32,000 nucleotides of DNA from Candidatus Saccharimonadota bacterium (GTDB lineage: Bacteria > Patescibacteriota > Gracilibacteria > BD1-5 > UBA6164). Positions 1 to 11,161 of this stretch are shown here, piece by piece. Position numbers and translations under genes: made by a program. The notes under the pieces were generated by a model. The model was not told the DNA's origin, did no database searches, and saw only the letters and a list, made by a program, of their open reading frames with translations. Position 1 is the stretch's first letter. Every line of letters starts with the position of its first letter. The stretch spans positions 450,001 to 482,000 of the forward strand of contig OY782392.1 in assembly GCA_963677765.1 (NCBI GenBank). The letters are read 5' to 3'.

Positions 1-564
1 TAATTTATCTGTAATTAATTTTTGTTTTGGTATATCATCATGATACATTAATTCCAAATAATAGTTATCTAGACCAAAAATATCTTGATATTCTTTTATC
101 CTAGATAATATTTCAGATTCATCTTTTCAAGATAAAATAAAAAAAGGTATCTCTCATGAAATAGGTCATGACAAACAAACAATTTCTAGATCTCATACCT
201 TTTCTTTTAAATCCTTTATGTCTTGAAAAGATATTTTTGGTTTTTTTCAAGCATTTTCTAAAGATGCCTTAGTAGTAAGAGATATTATATTTTTATATCA
301 ATTAAGAGATTTTGCTAATAAAACTAATTTATGATTTATATTTGAATCTATAGAAGATTCTACATAAATCTCTGTACCAAGTATAGGTTTAATACCTGCT
401 CATATTGCTTCTTTGTATAATTCATGACATCAATGTACATTTGAGGTATCTGTTATAGCTATTGCTTGCATTCACATTTCAAGTGCTTTTGCGACATAAT
501 CTTTTGGCTTTGGTAAACCTTCTAATATAGAATAATGAGAATGGTTATGCAAATGTACAAACAT
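1..564 (-). CDS. dnaE: DNA polymerase III alpha subunit, N-terminal PHP domain (partial; continues beyond the window start)
   Basis: Code-25 translation of the minus strand from ATG (complement of 562-564) gives MFVHLHNHSHYSILEGLPKPKDYVAKALEMGMQAIAITDTSNVHGCHELYKEAIGAGIKPILGTEIYVE..., the classic PHP-domain start of DnaE. In-frame TGAs fall on expected Gly positions (LEMG, VHGCHE, GAGIKP). Confidence 0.85.
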
Positions 565-695
565 CAAAAAAAAATTATAAAATAATATATTAAATCTTAG
601 ATTATTCTATTCATTTTTTATAAAATGTCATTATTTTGACTAAAAAAAATATATGTGATAACATTTTATTAATTATAAATTTAATAACAATAAAT

Positions 696-1478
696 ATGTC
701 AGCTGAAAGCCTTAATCAAAACTTTGAACAAAATAAAATTGAAACTAAAGAAAAACATTATCTAGAAGAATGATTTAACGAATTAGGTCAATATGAAGTA
801 CAAAAAGAAGATTGAACTGAAACCTTATACTCTATACTTCCAGAGTTAATAAATAGGAATTTTGAAGTAAAAGATAGAACTTTTTTGAGAAATATGATTT
901 TATCAAATATAGAAGAAATCAACAATATTCAAAAAGGAGATATTATTGAAATAAATCAAATTGATTCTAACTCATATGAATTAAGAGTAAGTGAAGATTT
1001 TTTTGTAATAAATTTACACAATGAAAGCTTTACAAAAATGGATAATGAAAATGATGTAATAAATAATATAAATAAAGAAGAACTTGATCAATATAAATTA
1101 ACAAACGAAGAAATTGAAACTTTAATCAAAGCAATAAATATAGAAACAAATAAAGCAGAAGTTTGATTATTTGCATGACAATTAGATACATATACTATAA
1201 AAGTAGGAAAATTTATAGAATGGAATTTACCAACAAATGCGGAACCTGTAGATTTGATTGTAGCAGTTGATCCAAATAAAGTTATAGAAAAAACAAAAGA
1301 TGTAATGATGTGACAAGATATAGATTCAATAAATGTTAATGATCTAACATTTAGTTGAGATGAAAAAATGAGAGAAGAAACAGCAAAAAAAGTAATACAA
1401 GAATTTAAAGGATTTGTAACTTCACTTATAGAATGAACAGAATATAGAGTTTATAGATCAATATGAGCACTAGATTAA
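696..1478 (+). CDS. Hypothetical acidic cytoplasmic protein (260 aa)
   Basis: ATG 696 to TAA 1476-1478 is open under code 25 and contains several in-frame TGA. The track ORF 885..1166 is an in-frame fragment of it. I recognised no motif. A shared hairpin terminator follows. Confidence 0.6.
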
Positions 1479-1480
1479 AA

Positions 1481-1514
1481 AAAGAAGAAAACTATATGTT
1501 TTCTTCTTTTTTTT
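1481..1514. terminator. Bidirectional rho-independent terminator between two convergent genes
   Basis: Perfect 12-bp stem aaagaagaaaac (1481-1492) / gttttcttcttt (1498-1509) with loop tatat, an A-run before and a T-run after. It overlaps the last codons of lysS. Confidence 0.6.
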
Positions 1515-3090
1515 CTTCAGTATTTAAACTTTTCATAAGTGGAAATAATGTAACATCTCTAAGATTTTCTTGTCATGTTAATAAAGAAAATACTCTTTCA
1601 ATTCACATACCCCATCCAGATTGACATGGCATACCATATTCCATAGCTAAAACGAAATCATCATCTCAACTAGTAGCTTCTTCATCTCATCTTTCAATTG
1701 CTCATGATTGTTCATCAAAGTTTTGAGCCTGAATTCTAGGATCAACTAATTCAGAATAAGCTTTTATAATTTCCCAACCATTCACAACTACTTGAAATTG
1801 CTCAACTATTTCAGGATTAGAATCACTTTGTCTTGCTAATGGCTGCATTGTTTTTGGATAATTATATACAAATGCAGGTCATACAATACTTGGTCTTAAA
1901 ACCTTTTTGTATAAATAATCTATAAGAGTTGGAACTCACATTTTATCCATACCTTCAAAAACTACTCATGCATCTTTGATATCTCAAATCAATTTTTTTT
2001 CATCTCATACCTTATAGTCAGATACATCTATTCAACATGCTTCTTTTACTCAAGCAACATAATCTATTCTTTGCCAAGGAGTTTGAAAATTTACCATTTT
2101 TTCATTTCAATTTTTATCTTTTACCATAACTTCTTTATTTAATTCTGGTATATTATTAAAAACGAAATCAAACATATCTTCAGTAAATTTCATATTATCT
2201 TCAAAATTCCACCATGCTGAATAATGCTCAATAGCAGAAAATTCTTGCATATGAGAAGGGTCACTTCATTCATTTCTAAAATTTCTAGTAAATTCTACTA
2301 CTTTTTCAAATCTACCAACAGTAGCTTTTTTAAGAGCTGTTTCAGGAGAAATTCTTAAATAAAAATCCTCATCAAAATCATTATGATGTGTTATAAAAGG
2401 AGCAGCAGCAGCTCATGATGCAGCATTACCTAATACTGGAGTTTCAATTTCTATAAATTCATTATTATGATAAAAGTCTCTTAATGATTTAATAAATTTA
2501 CTTCTTAATTTAAATCTTGAAAAACTATCTTCATTCATTATCAAATCTAGATATCTTTGTCTATAAATAGTTTCAATATCTTGAACTCAGTGAAATTTTT
2601 CTGGAAGAGGTCTAATAGCTTTAGATAAAATTTGAAATTCATTAACAAAAATTGTTAATTCTCAATGCTTAGTCAAAAATAAATCTCATTTTACTCAAAT
2701 ATAATCTCATACTTGGCAAAATTTTTCAGCTATTTTAAATGATGATTTTTCTTCACCTCATAATTCAATAGAAGTTAAAATTTCTTTTCAAGTATTAAAT
2801 ACTACCTTATCTCTAGAAAAACATAATTGAATATCTCAAGTATTATCTCTTAGTTTTGCAAATAATAATTTTCACATACCCCTACTAGATATAATTCTTC
2901 AAGCTGTTTGAAAAGTGTTTTCACTTCAATTTTCCATCATATCTGATGCTTCTTTTATTGAATTTTCTTGAGATCTAATAAAATCAATATTTTGTTTTCA
3001 TCTATAATTATTAGCATAACAAATAACTCAAGCATTTTTCAAATCTTCAATTTTTTTAATTCTATCTAAACTCTCTTTTGAATAGTCCAT
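1492..3090 (-). CDS. lysS: Lysyl-tRNA synthetase, class II (532 aa)
   Basis: Minus-strand code-25 translation from ATG (comp. 3088-3090) to TAG (comp. 1492-1494); length is divisible by 3. It contains ...[17 protein letters not shown]..., [55 protein letters not shown] and [14 protein letters not shown], which are LysRS class II signature regions. Confidence 0.9.
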
Positions 3091-3208
3091 TATAATACTT
3101 AATTACTAAATAAATTTTATTTCTATTTATAACAATTTTTTACAAAAAAACAAGATAAAAACAATAAGTAATTATTAAATAAATATATTTAAATAAGTAA
3201 GTAATTAA

Positions 3209-3237
3209 TTGTCAATCTATTATAGTTTAAATATATA
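3209..3237 (+). promoter_or_regulatory. Candidate sigma70-like promoter for the T4SS-like module
   Basis: TTGTCA (3209-3214), a 17-nt spacer, then TATATA (3232-3237), about 50 nt upstream of the ATG at 3287. AT-rich background makes chance matches likely. Confidence 0.3.
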
Positions 3238-3286
3238 AATAAATATGCTAAAATAATACAAAATAGTTAATAAATAAAACAAACAA

Positions 3287-6106
3287 ATGAGAAAAATAAT
3301 TTTCTTTATAATCTGATTTTACTACTCTATAAATAATACATTTGCTAGAGTATTAACAACTAGTTGACAAACCCCTACAACAAAGGAACAAGTAAAAGAA
3401 GAAACTTGATCAATGACAGATTGAACTTTTTTAGATGTTACTGATTGATGACTTTTTTATGATTTAGCATGATTTGCTCTATTAATTATTGCAACAATAA
3501 TAATTCTATTATTTATAAGGAAACTTTTATGACTTATATTTGAATTATACTATGCAAAAAATCTTAGATATCTAAAAGTAACTTTGCCTAGAGCCGATTC
3601 AAAAATGGATAAAGAAAAGGAAACAAAGAAGGATTTCAAGGAAAAAATTTGAATAATGAGTATGTTTTATAAAGCTATTCATAAATTAAGTGAAGCTTGA
3701 TTGCATGACACTCTTTTAAACATAATTTTCTGACATTCAAAAATTTCTTTGGAATTAGTATATGACAAATGACAAGTATACTTTTACATAGTTACATTTA
3801 AAAATTATGTAAATCTTATTAGTCAACATTTAACATCAAATTATAATGATGCTGAAATATTAGTAATAGACCCTAAAGATTGATATGTAGATCTAAAAGA
3901 AAAATGATACAAAATGAGAGCCGCATCTTTATGAAAAGAAAATGATGATGTATATCCAATAAAAGTATTCAAATACCTTGAAGATGATCCAATAAACAAC
4001 TTTACAAATGTTTTTTGAGGATTAGCAAAAGATGATAAAGCAGTTTTTCAATTAATTATAAAACCAGAATCATCTAGATACAACAAAAAAGCATTAAAAG
4101 CAGCAAGATTAGTAGCAAAATGAAAATATAAAAAATGAAAAAAATGATTATTTAGTTTTTTAAGTTTTCTACGGAATCCATTAGTTGCATTGATAGAATG
4201 ACCTGAAGATATGGTTTCAAATAATGCTCCTTGAGCATCAGAATGAGATGCATATAAAATATTTAACCAAGCAGAAACAGAGGCTCAAAAGACAATGTGA
4301 GAAACTGCAGCCCAACCTACTTTTAAGTCATCAATTAGAGTATTGGTATCAAGTAAAAACAAACAAAGTAGTGAAGACTGAGTTCATGCTATAGTAGCCG
4401 CAGCTTCAATGTTTACTGATGAATATAATAATGCATTAGATAATCCTCAAATTCTTGAAGATGCATTTCCTTGGTTTTTTACACCTGTTAGATACTTTGC
4501 ATTCAAAAATAAACTAGTTTGATTTTTACAAAATGTATCTTGGTTTTCGTCAGATGAAATATCTACTTTATATCACTTACCAGATATAAATTACAATAGA
4601 TCATCTATTATAAGCTGGTTAGATTATAAAAAACTTCCTACTCCTCATAATTTAAAAACTCCAAGTGATGCTACAATACTAAAAGAAAAAATTGAAGTTT
4701 GAGTGGACGAAAATGGAAAACCAAAATATGAAGAGATAGATAAACATAGACATTTATGATGATTTCCTGTCTATAAAGATTGAGTATTATTATGATGGAA
4801 TGAATATAGAAATAAAAAAACTCCTATATATTTCAATAGAAAAGATAGAGGTAGACATCATTATATAATATGAAAATCATGAGGTTGAAAATCTGTTTTT
4901 GTATGATATTTAGCAAGACAAGATGTCCGGAATGGTGATTGAGTTTGTGTAATTGATCCACATGGAGATTTAGTAGAAGATGTATTAGCATTTACACCTA
5001 AAGAAAGAGCAAAAGATGTAGTTGTTTTTGATCCTGCTGATTGAGATAGACCAATGTGATTAAATATGCTAGAAGTAATATCTACTGATCCTGATTTAAG
5101 AAAAAGAGAAATGGACAGAGCTGCGATGGATGCAACTGAAATTTTTATAAAAATATTTGGTGATGAGATATTTTGACCAAGAATACAACACTACTTTAGG
5201 AATGGTTGTTTGACATTAATGGAAGATGTCGAAGATGGATGAACTCTTATAGATGTACCAAGATTATTTGTAGACGATGCTTTTATGAAATATAAAGTAT
5301 CAAAAGTAAAAAATCCTGTAGTAAAATCTTTTTGGGATCATGAATATGCAAATACTTGAGAAAGAGAAAAACAAGAAATGATTCCTTACTTCTCTTCTAA
5401 ATTTTGACCATTTATTACTAACACAACTATAAGAAACATTATTTGACAACCTAAATCTGCTTTTAATATTAGACAGATAATGGACAATCAAAAAATACTA
5501 CTTGTTAACCTATCTAAAGGTAAAATTTGAGCACTTAATGCACAATTACTTGGTCTTATATTTGTATCAAAGGTAAATATGGCGGCTATGTCTAGAGCCG
5601 ATATTCCAGAATCTGAAAGAAAAGATTTTTACATGTATGTTGATGAGTTCCAAAACTTTGCAACAGAAACATTTTGAGAAATATTATCGGAAGCCAGAAA
5701 ATATCACTTAGCATTAATAATGGCTCACCAATTTATTGCACAAATTTGATGAAGTTGATCTCAAAAATGAGATAAACCAAGTATAAAAGATGCTGTATTT
5801 GGTAATGCCTGAACAATTATGAGCTTCAAAGTTGGTGCTGATGATGCAGAATATATGGAAAAAGAATATGCTCCTTTATTATCACAACAAGACATTATAA
5901 GTATTGCCAACTTTACAGCATATTGTAAATTAAATATTGATAATGCTACAACTAGACCTTTTGACTTAAAAACTATACGGGATAATAATTATAAAAATCA
6001 ACAAATAGCTGATATTATAAAAGAATATTCTAGAAAAAAATATGGTAGAAAAAAGAAATATGTTGATATGGAAATAGAGGCTAGATTATGAATTGATCCA
6101 AACTAA
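3287..6106 (+). CDS. VirD4/TraG/TraD-family (T4SS coupling-protein-like, FtsK/HerA-type) membrane-anchored P-loop ATPase (939 aa)
   Basis: ATG 3287 to TAA 6104-6106 is open under code 25; track ORF 5819..6091 is its in-frame tail. There are N-terminal hydrophobic segments (FALLIIATIIILLFI). Walker A is RHHYIIGKSGGGKS (4871-4894, with three of four Gly encoded by TGA). Walker B-like FYMYVDEFQNF is followed by ALIMAHQF. Confidence 0.75.
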
Positions 6107-6139
6107 AAGTAAACACTCCAAAAAAGTGTTTACTTTTTT
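6106..6139 (+). terminator. Rho-independent terminator
   Basis: Perfect 11-bp stem aaagtaaacac (6106-6116) / gtgtttacttt (6126-6136) followed by a T-run. Confidence 0.6.
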
Positions 6140-6195
6140 GTTAAATAGTAAAAAATATGTTAAAATATTATCAAATATTAAATAAATAATAATTT

Positions 6196-7335
6196 ATGAA
6201 AAAAATATTAATTTTATTGGCTATAATTTTTAGCTTTGTAAATATAGATATTGCTTTTTGAGAACAAAGTTGTTTTATAGATTGAAATTTTATACAACAT
6301 TGAAAAACAATAACTGCATATGAATCAAGTGTATCTTCAAATTGTCAAAGCACTTCAAGAACATGTAATGATTGAACTTTAAGCTGAAATAGCAATTATA
6401 ATAGTTTAAGTTGTCAAGAGTATAATAATAATGAATTACCAAATTCTAATAATTTAGATATTTGACAAACATCAAATAAAAACTCTACAACAAATGATTA
6501 TTTAAAAGAATTATGAAAAAGTTGAGATTGAGATATAAGAGTATGAAATGAATGAGAAAAATCAATAGTTAGATTCTTATATAACATAGCTAAGGATTTA
6601 AAAACAGTTATATATATAATATCTTGAGTTTATTTCATGATAATAACTATAAAATTAATACTATCTAGCAATACAGAAGAAGAGATATGAAATTTTAAAA
6701 AATGAATTATATGGATAACTATTGGTATCATACTAATGCAAATAGTATTCTTCTTTGTAGAAATATTATATGCAAAAGAAGTTTGAGCTGCATTAGCTGC
6801 AAACTTAGCAAAAAATATAATTGAACCAATAATAAAGATATTAGAAACAGCTGCTTCATTTTTCTTTTTATTAGTTGCTATATATGCATTTTATAGAATA
6901 GTAACTGCTAATTGAGAAGAAGATAAAGTAAAATCATGAAAAATGAGTATAATATATGCTATTATATGATTTATAGTAATAAAATTATCAAAAGATATAG
7001 TATATGCTGCTTATTGAAGAGTAAACTGTAATGAATCTAGTTTTTTATGAGTATTTCAAGTAAATTGAAATAATTGTGTTACAGAGAATCAAATATCAGG
7101 TATAAGTCAAATAATTGTTCAAATAATTAACTGGGCAAATAGTTTTATATGAATTATAATTATCTTGATGATTATATATGCTTGAGTTCAAGTTCTATTC
7201 TCATGAGGTGATGAAGAAAAACTTACAAAAGCTAAAAAATCAATAGTTTATATAGCTATCTGAGTAGCTATACTAGTACTAAATTATTTTATATTAACTT
7301 TCTTCTTAAGACCTGAAGTTTCAATAACTATATAA
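6196..7335 (+). CDS. Secreted/membrane protein with a 4-Cys N-terminal domain and three tandem VirB2/TrbC-pilin-like hairpin modules (379 aa)
   Basis: ATG 6196 to TAA 7333-7335 is open under code 25. Signal peptide MKKILILLAIIFSFVNIDIAFG. Cys-rich stretch SCFIDGNFIQHGKTITAYESSVSSNCQSTSRTCNDGTLSGNSNYNSLSC. Three repeats of TM / short charged loop / TM follow, e.g. YAFYRIVTANGEEDKVKSGKMSIIYAIIG and YAGVQVLFSGGDEEKLTKAKKSIVYIAIG. Confidence 0.65.
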
Positions 7336-7344
7336 TAAAAAAAC

Positions 7345-8265
7345 ATGAATAAAATAAAAAAAATAATAATCTGATTAATCATATGATTGTTTTGATTTTG
7401 TAATATAAGTTATGCAGCAAATATTCAATGATTAACTTGATGAGCAATAGATAGTACATCTAATGGTAATGTTTCTATTCAAATAACATGAACTGATTCT
7501 ACAAGTATATCAAAAACAGTAGAAAATGTATGATTGAATTTATTAACAAAAATAAAATATATATTTTCATGAGTATTATTAATATTTTTGGTATATGCTT
7601 GAGCACAAATGGTAATGTCAATGTGAACAGATGAGGATGCTCTATCAAAATCAAAAAGAACAATATGGTATTCTATGATTTGATTGGTATTTATAAATAT
7701 GCCTTGAACTTTATATGAAGCATTAAAATGAGACAAAACAAGTGTAGCATGATGAATATGAAGTTCTTGGGCAAATGAAATTAACTCTACAACTACTAAT
7801 CTATTTATAAATCTTGATATATTTGCAGTAACTCTAAACGATTATATAATTAAGTTTTTACAAATAATATTAGTTTCTGTTGCTATACTAGTTATAATAA
7901 TTGCTTGATTAAAAATAATTACATCTAGATGAAGAGAAGAACAAGTAACAGAATCAAAAAATAAAATTTTATGGTCAATTGTATGACTTATATTCATATG
8001 ATTTATTGAAGTATGGCAAAAATTTGCATATGGATGAGAAATTAGTGATTGACAAGATATATTTGAAACTATTGCTAACCTGCTTTTATTCTTGGCATGA
8101 CCAATAGTTATATTCTTCTTAACTATGGCAGGTTATTATTATATAACTGCTAATTGAGATGAAGATAAGGTAAAAAAATGAAAAAATATAGTAGTAAATG
8201 TACTATTAGCTACTGCAATACTACTTATATCATACATATTTTTAAATGATTTAATTACACTATAA
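7345..8265 (+). CDS. Membrane protein with three tandem VirB2/TrbC-pilin-like hairpin modules (306 aa)
   Basis: ATG 7345 to TAA 8263-8265 is open under code 25. Signal-like N-terminus MNKIKKIIIGLIIGLFGFCNISYA. The modules are VYAGAQMVMSMGTDEDALSKSKRTIWYSMIGLVF, IIIAGLKIITSRGREEQVTESKNKILWSIVGLIF and TMAGYYYITANGDEDKVKKGKNIVVNVLLATAIL. Confidence 0.65.
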
Positions 8266-8720
8266 TGAAAAAAAAGATATTAATAATAGCAATGCTATTA
8301 GCAGCTATATTTTGATTAAATATAAATAATACGTTTGCTAACTCATGAACAACAAATGAAAAAGTAACAATAGTAATAGTTAGTGAAAAAGTTCCATGAG
8401 CAAAATGTAAAGGTATCGATAAAGCATGAAATGAAACTAAGGATAACGAAAGTATAATATCTTGGAAATGTGAAGTATGACAATGAGCAAGTACAATTGT
8501 ATGAATGCTATGAGATATAATAAGATATTTTACATATCTGGCATGATTAGTATGAGTATTATTTATAGTATATAATGGTATATTATATAGTATGTGATGA
8601 GCTGATCAATCATTAAAAGAAGAATCTAAAAAAAGAATTATATGAACTCTTATATGATTAATTGTATTACTATTAAGTGGACCAATACTACAATTAGTTG
8701 CACCATGGATATATAAATAA
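8265..8720 (+). CDS. VirB2/TrbC-family pilin-like protein, single module (151 aa)
   Basis: The ATG at 8265 overlaps the upstream TAA (TAATG). Signal peptide MKKKILIIAMLLAAIFGLNINNTFA. C-terminal hairpin LAGLVGVLFIVYNGILYSMGGADQSLKEESKKRIIGTLIGLIVLLLSGP. TAA at 8718-8720. Confidence 0.65.
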
Positions 8721-8734
8721 TTCCTGAAAAAATA

Positions 8735-8770
8735 AAAAAGCACTGTTAAATTAATAACAATGCTTTTTTT
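8735..8770 (+). terminator. Rho-independent terminator (one mismatch in the stem)
   Basis: aaaaagcactgtt (8735-8747) / aacaatgcttttt (8756-8768), followed by a T-run. Confidence 0.45.
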
Positions 8771-8779
8771 AGTTTTAAT

Positions 8780-8854
8780 TGGTTGCGGAGACAGGAATTG
8801 AACCTGTGATCTTCGGGTTATGAGCCCGACGAGATACCACTTCTCCACTCCGCG
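8780..8854 (-). tRNA. Initiator tRNA-fMet (anticodon CAU)
   Basis: Reverse complement is CGCGGAGTGGAGAAGTGGTATCTCGTCGGGCTCATAACCCGAAGATCACAGGTTCAATTCCTGTCTCCGCAACCA. It has a C1-A72 mismatch, three G:C pairs closing the anticodon stem (GGG/CCC), a CAU anticodon, a T-loop GGTTCAATT, and an encoded CCA. Confidence 0.9.
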
Positions 8855-8898
8855 ATAAAAAAAAATTGCAATAGTTGTTTATAAGACATATAAACAAA

Positions 8899-8973
8899 TG
8901 GTACGGCTACGGGGAATCGAACCCCGGTTGCGTGGATGAAAACCACGAGTCCTAACCACTAGACGATAGCCGC
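8899..8973 (-). tRNA. tRNA-Glu (anticodon UUC)
   Basis: Reverse complement is GCGGCTATCGTCTAGTGGTTAGGACTCGTGGTTTTCATCCACGCAACCGGGGTTCGATTCCCCGTAGCCGTACCA. Anticodon stem is CGTGG/CCACG and the loop TTTTCAT places UUC at positions 34-36. Confidence 0.85.
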
Positions 8974-9004
8974 ATATCTCTATTGCGAGACTTATTATAT
9001 TCAT

Positions 9005-9045
9005 AAAAAAAAATAGTCAAACTTTTTTTTGACTATTTTTTACTT
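9005..9045. terminator. Bidirectional hairpin terminator downstream of the cyclase operon
   Basis: Perfect 11-bp stem aaatagtcaaa (9011-9021) / tttgactattt (9028-9038), flanked by an A-run and a T-run. Confidence 0.55.
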
Positions 9046-9056
9046 TTTTTATATTT

Positions 9057-11159
9057 TTATTTTGATGTCATAACAGAAATCCCTTCCCAATCAGCTTCTG
9101 GAGGATTTTTTATATAAATTTCACACATATCTAAATAAGTTAAACTAGGCTTATCTCATAGGTTTTTTAATTTTTCGAAGTCATTTTTAGCTCAGATAAA
9201 ATCTCTATCTAGATATTTTTTTACTGCATTCTCAAAAGAATTAACAATTTCTTTTTTAGAGTCATCTAATTCTCATTTTAAAGATAAAAGTTCATAAATT
9301 TTGATAGCATTATCTTTTCATTTAACTTTTATTTTATCTAAATATCTAAATTCAAAATACTCTTTAGATTCATTGTAAACCTCTTCACTAACACAAATAT
9401 ATGTTCAATAAAATTTATTTACTCATTCTAAACGAGAAGCTAAGTTTACATTATCACCTAGAGCTGTATATTCCATTTTTCTACCTGCAGATCAAATATT
9501 TCATACAATTGCCTCTCATATATGTAAACCTATTCTAACTTTTATTTCATTAAAACCATTTTTTGACCATTTATTATTTAATTCTGATAATCTTTCCTGT
9601 TGTTTTAAAGCTGAAAAACATGCATGATATCATCATTTATCATAATCTATAAATGATCACCACAAAGCCATTATTGCATCTCACTCATACTTATCAATAA
9701 ATCATTTTTCATCCATTATTATGTCTGACATATTTGATAAATATTCTCTCAAGAAAGATACAAGTTCTTCTGGCTTAAACTTCTCAGAAATAGTTGTGAA
9801 TCATTCTATATCTGAAAAATATATAGCAAGTTTTTTTATTTCTCAATCTAAATTTATTTTTCATGAATTAGATAATACTTCATCAGCAATAGCAGCAGAA
9901 ACATATTCAGAAAGTGCTTTATTTAACTTATTTTTGTTTTTATTCTCAATTAGATACTTTACAGTATTAGATAATGTTAAAGACACTACAAGAGCAAAAA
10001 ATAAGTGTGCTAAATAATTTAGTAAATATGGTGTAAAAACAATTATAATTAATGGGAATATTATCAAAAATATAAAAATAATTGATAAGTTAGAAAGTAT
10101 CAATACTAATCCTGAACGAGATAAATTAAAATATACAGAAAGTATTATAAGCAAGAATATTAAACTAAACTCTATTGAATAATCTAACTCTATTAAAAAA
10201 CTTTTAGTCAAAACTGTATTTATAGCATTAGCTAAAACAAAAACTCAATATTCTATACCATTATATGTTATAAAAGTATCATCCATTCACTTTGCAGTAG
10301 CTCATACTAAAACTATTTTTCATTCAAATACTTTAGGATCAATCTTATTTTCTAAAACATCCAAAAATGAATAATATTTAAAATTAGATAGTTTACCTGT
10401 TGAAGGATCTGGTAGTGGTATATAATTTATCAGTACTCATTTTGTTTTAGTATTTTGAAATGGAACTTTTAAATCAGGTCTTACATAAAAATAATCATCA
10501 TTTGTTTCTTTGTAACTTAAGTAATCCTGTTTAAAAAGTTTAGAATAATAAGCCTTTAATATTGAAATAGAAAAATGATTATAATCATTTAGATTTTTAT
10601 CATAGTCATGAATTTTCATGCTAGGAAAAAAAGATGTAGCTATTTTTGTTCTTTTATCTACATTAGGAGCATAAAATCAGTGTGCAAAAACTCAATTATA
10701 AAATTTTTCTAAAGGCATTTCTATAACTCATAGAATTTCTCCTCAAAAATTTTTAGTTGTAGTAGCTGATCATAAAACAATATTTCATGCTTCTTTTATG
10801 GTATTAGCAAATTTATCATCTCACTCTAAATCACTATGGCTATTATTTGCAAACATGATATCAAATCATATAACTTCAGCTCATCATGAGTTTATATTTT
10901 TAATCAAGTCTGAATAATATGATCTAGAAAAAGGAAATCATAGTTTTTCTAAAGTTTTTTCATCTATAGTAACAACCACAATTTCATCACTAACAATTTT
11001 TGAAGATGAGTAATTCATCATATTAAGTATGGTATATGACTTTATTTTTTCATTAACTATACTTAATATTCATGACAAAGGTATTATTATAAATAAAATA
11101 ATAATAGACAAAAATATAGTAAGAAAAATTCTAGAGTTAAATAATTTAGAAAAATTCAT
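9057..11159 (-). CDS. CHASE2 sensor-domain class III adenylate/guanylate cyclase (700 aa)
   Basis: Minus strand from ATG (comp. 11157-11159) to TAA (comp. 9057-9059); length is divisible by 3 and it is in frame with track fragments 9861..10211 and 10437..10619. CHASE2 signature VVVTIDEKTLEKLGFPFSRSYYSDLIKNINSGGAEVIGFDIMFANNS. Three TM helices. Cyclase domain [67 protein letters not shown]. Confidence 0.85.
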
Positions 11160-11161
11160 AA

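Noticed and set aside
5300-5491. Track ORF (63 aa, minus strand)
   Set aside because: It is antisense to the ATPase gene at 3287-6106 and has a low-complexity, Phe/Ser/Ile-rich translation typical of the reverse strand of AT-rich coding DNA.
7479-7736. Track ORF (85 aa, minus strand)
   Set aside because: It is antisense to the three-module pilin-like gene at 7345-8265.
8606-8848. Track ORF (80 aa, minus strand)
   Set aside because: It runs through the initiator tRNA gene (8780-8854) and is antisense to the pilin-like gene at 8265-8720.
9721-10017. Track ORF (98 aa, plus strand)
   Set aside because: It is antisense to the CHASE2 cyclase, whose frame is supported by domain signatures along its whole length.
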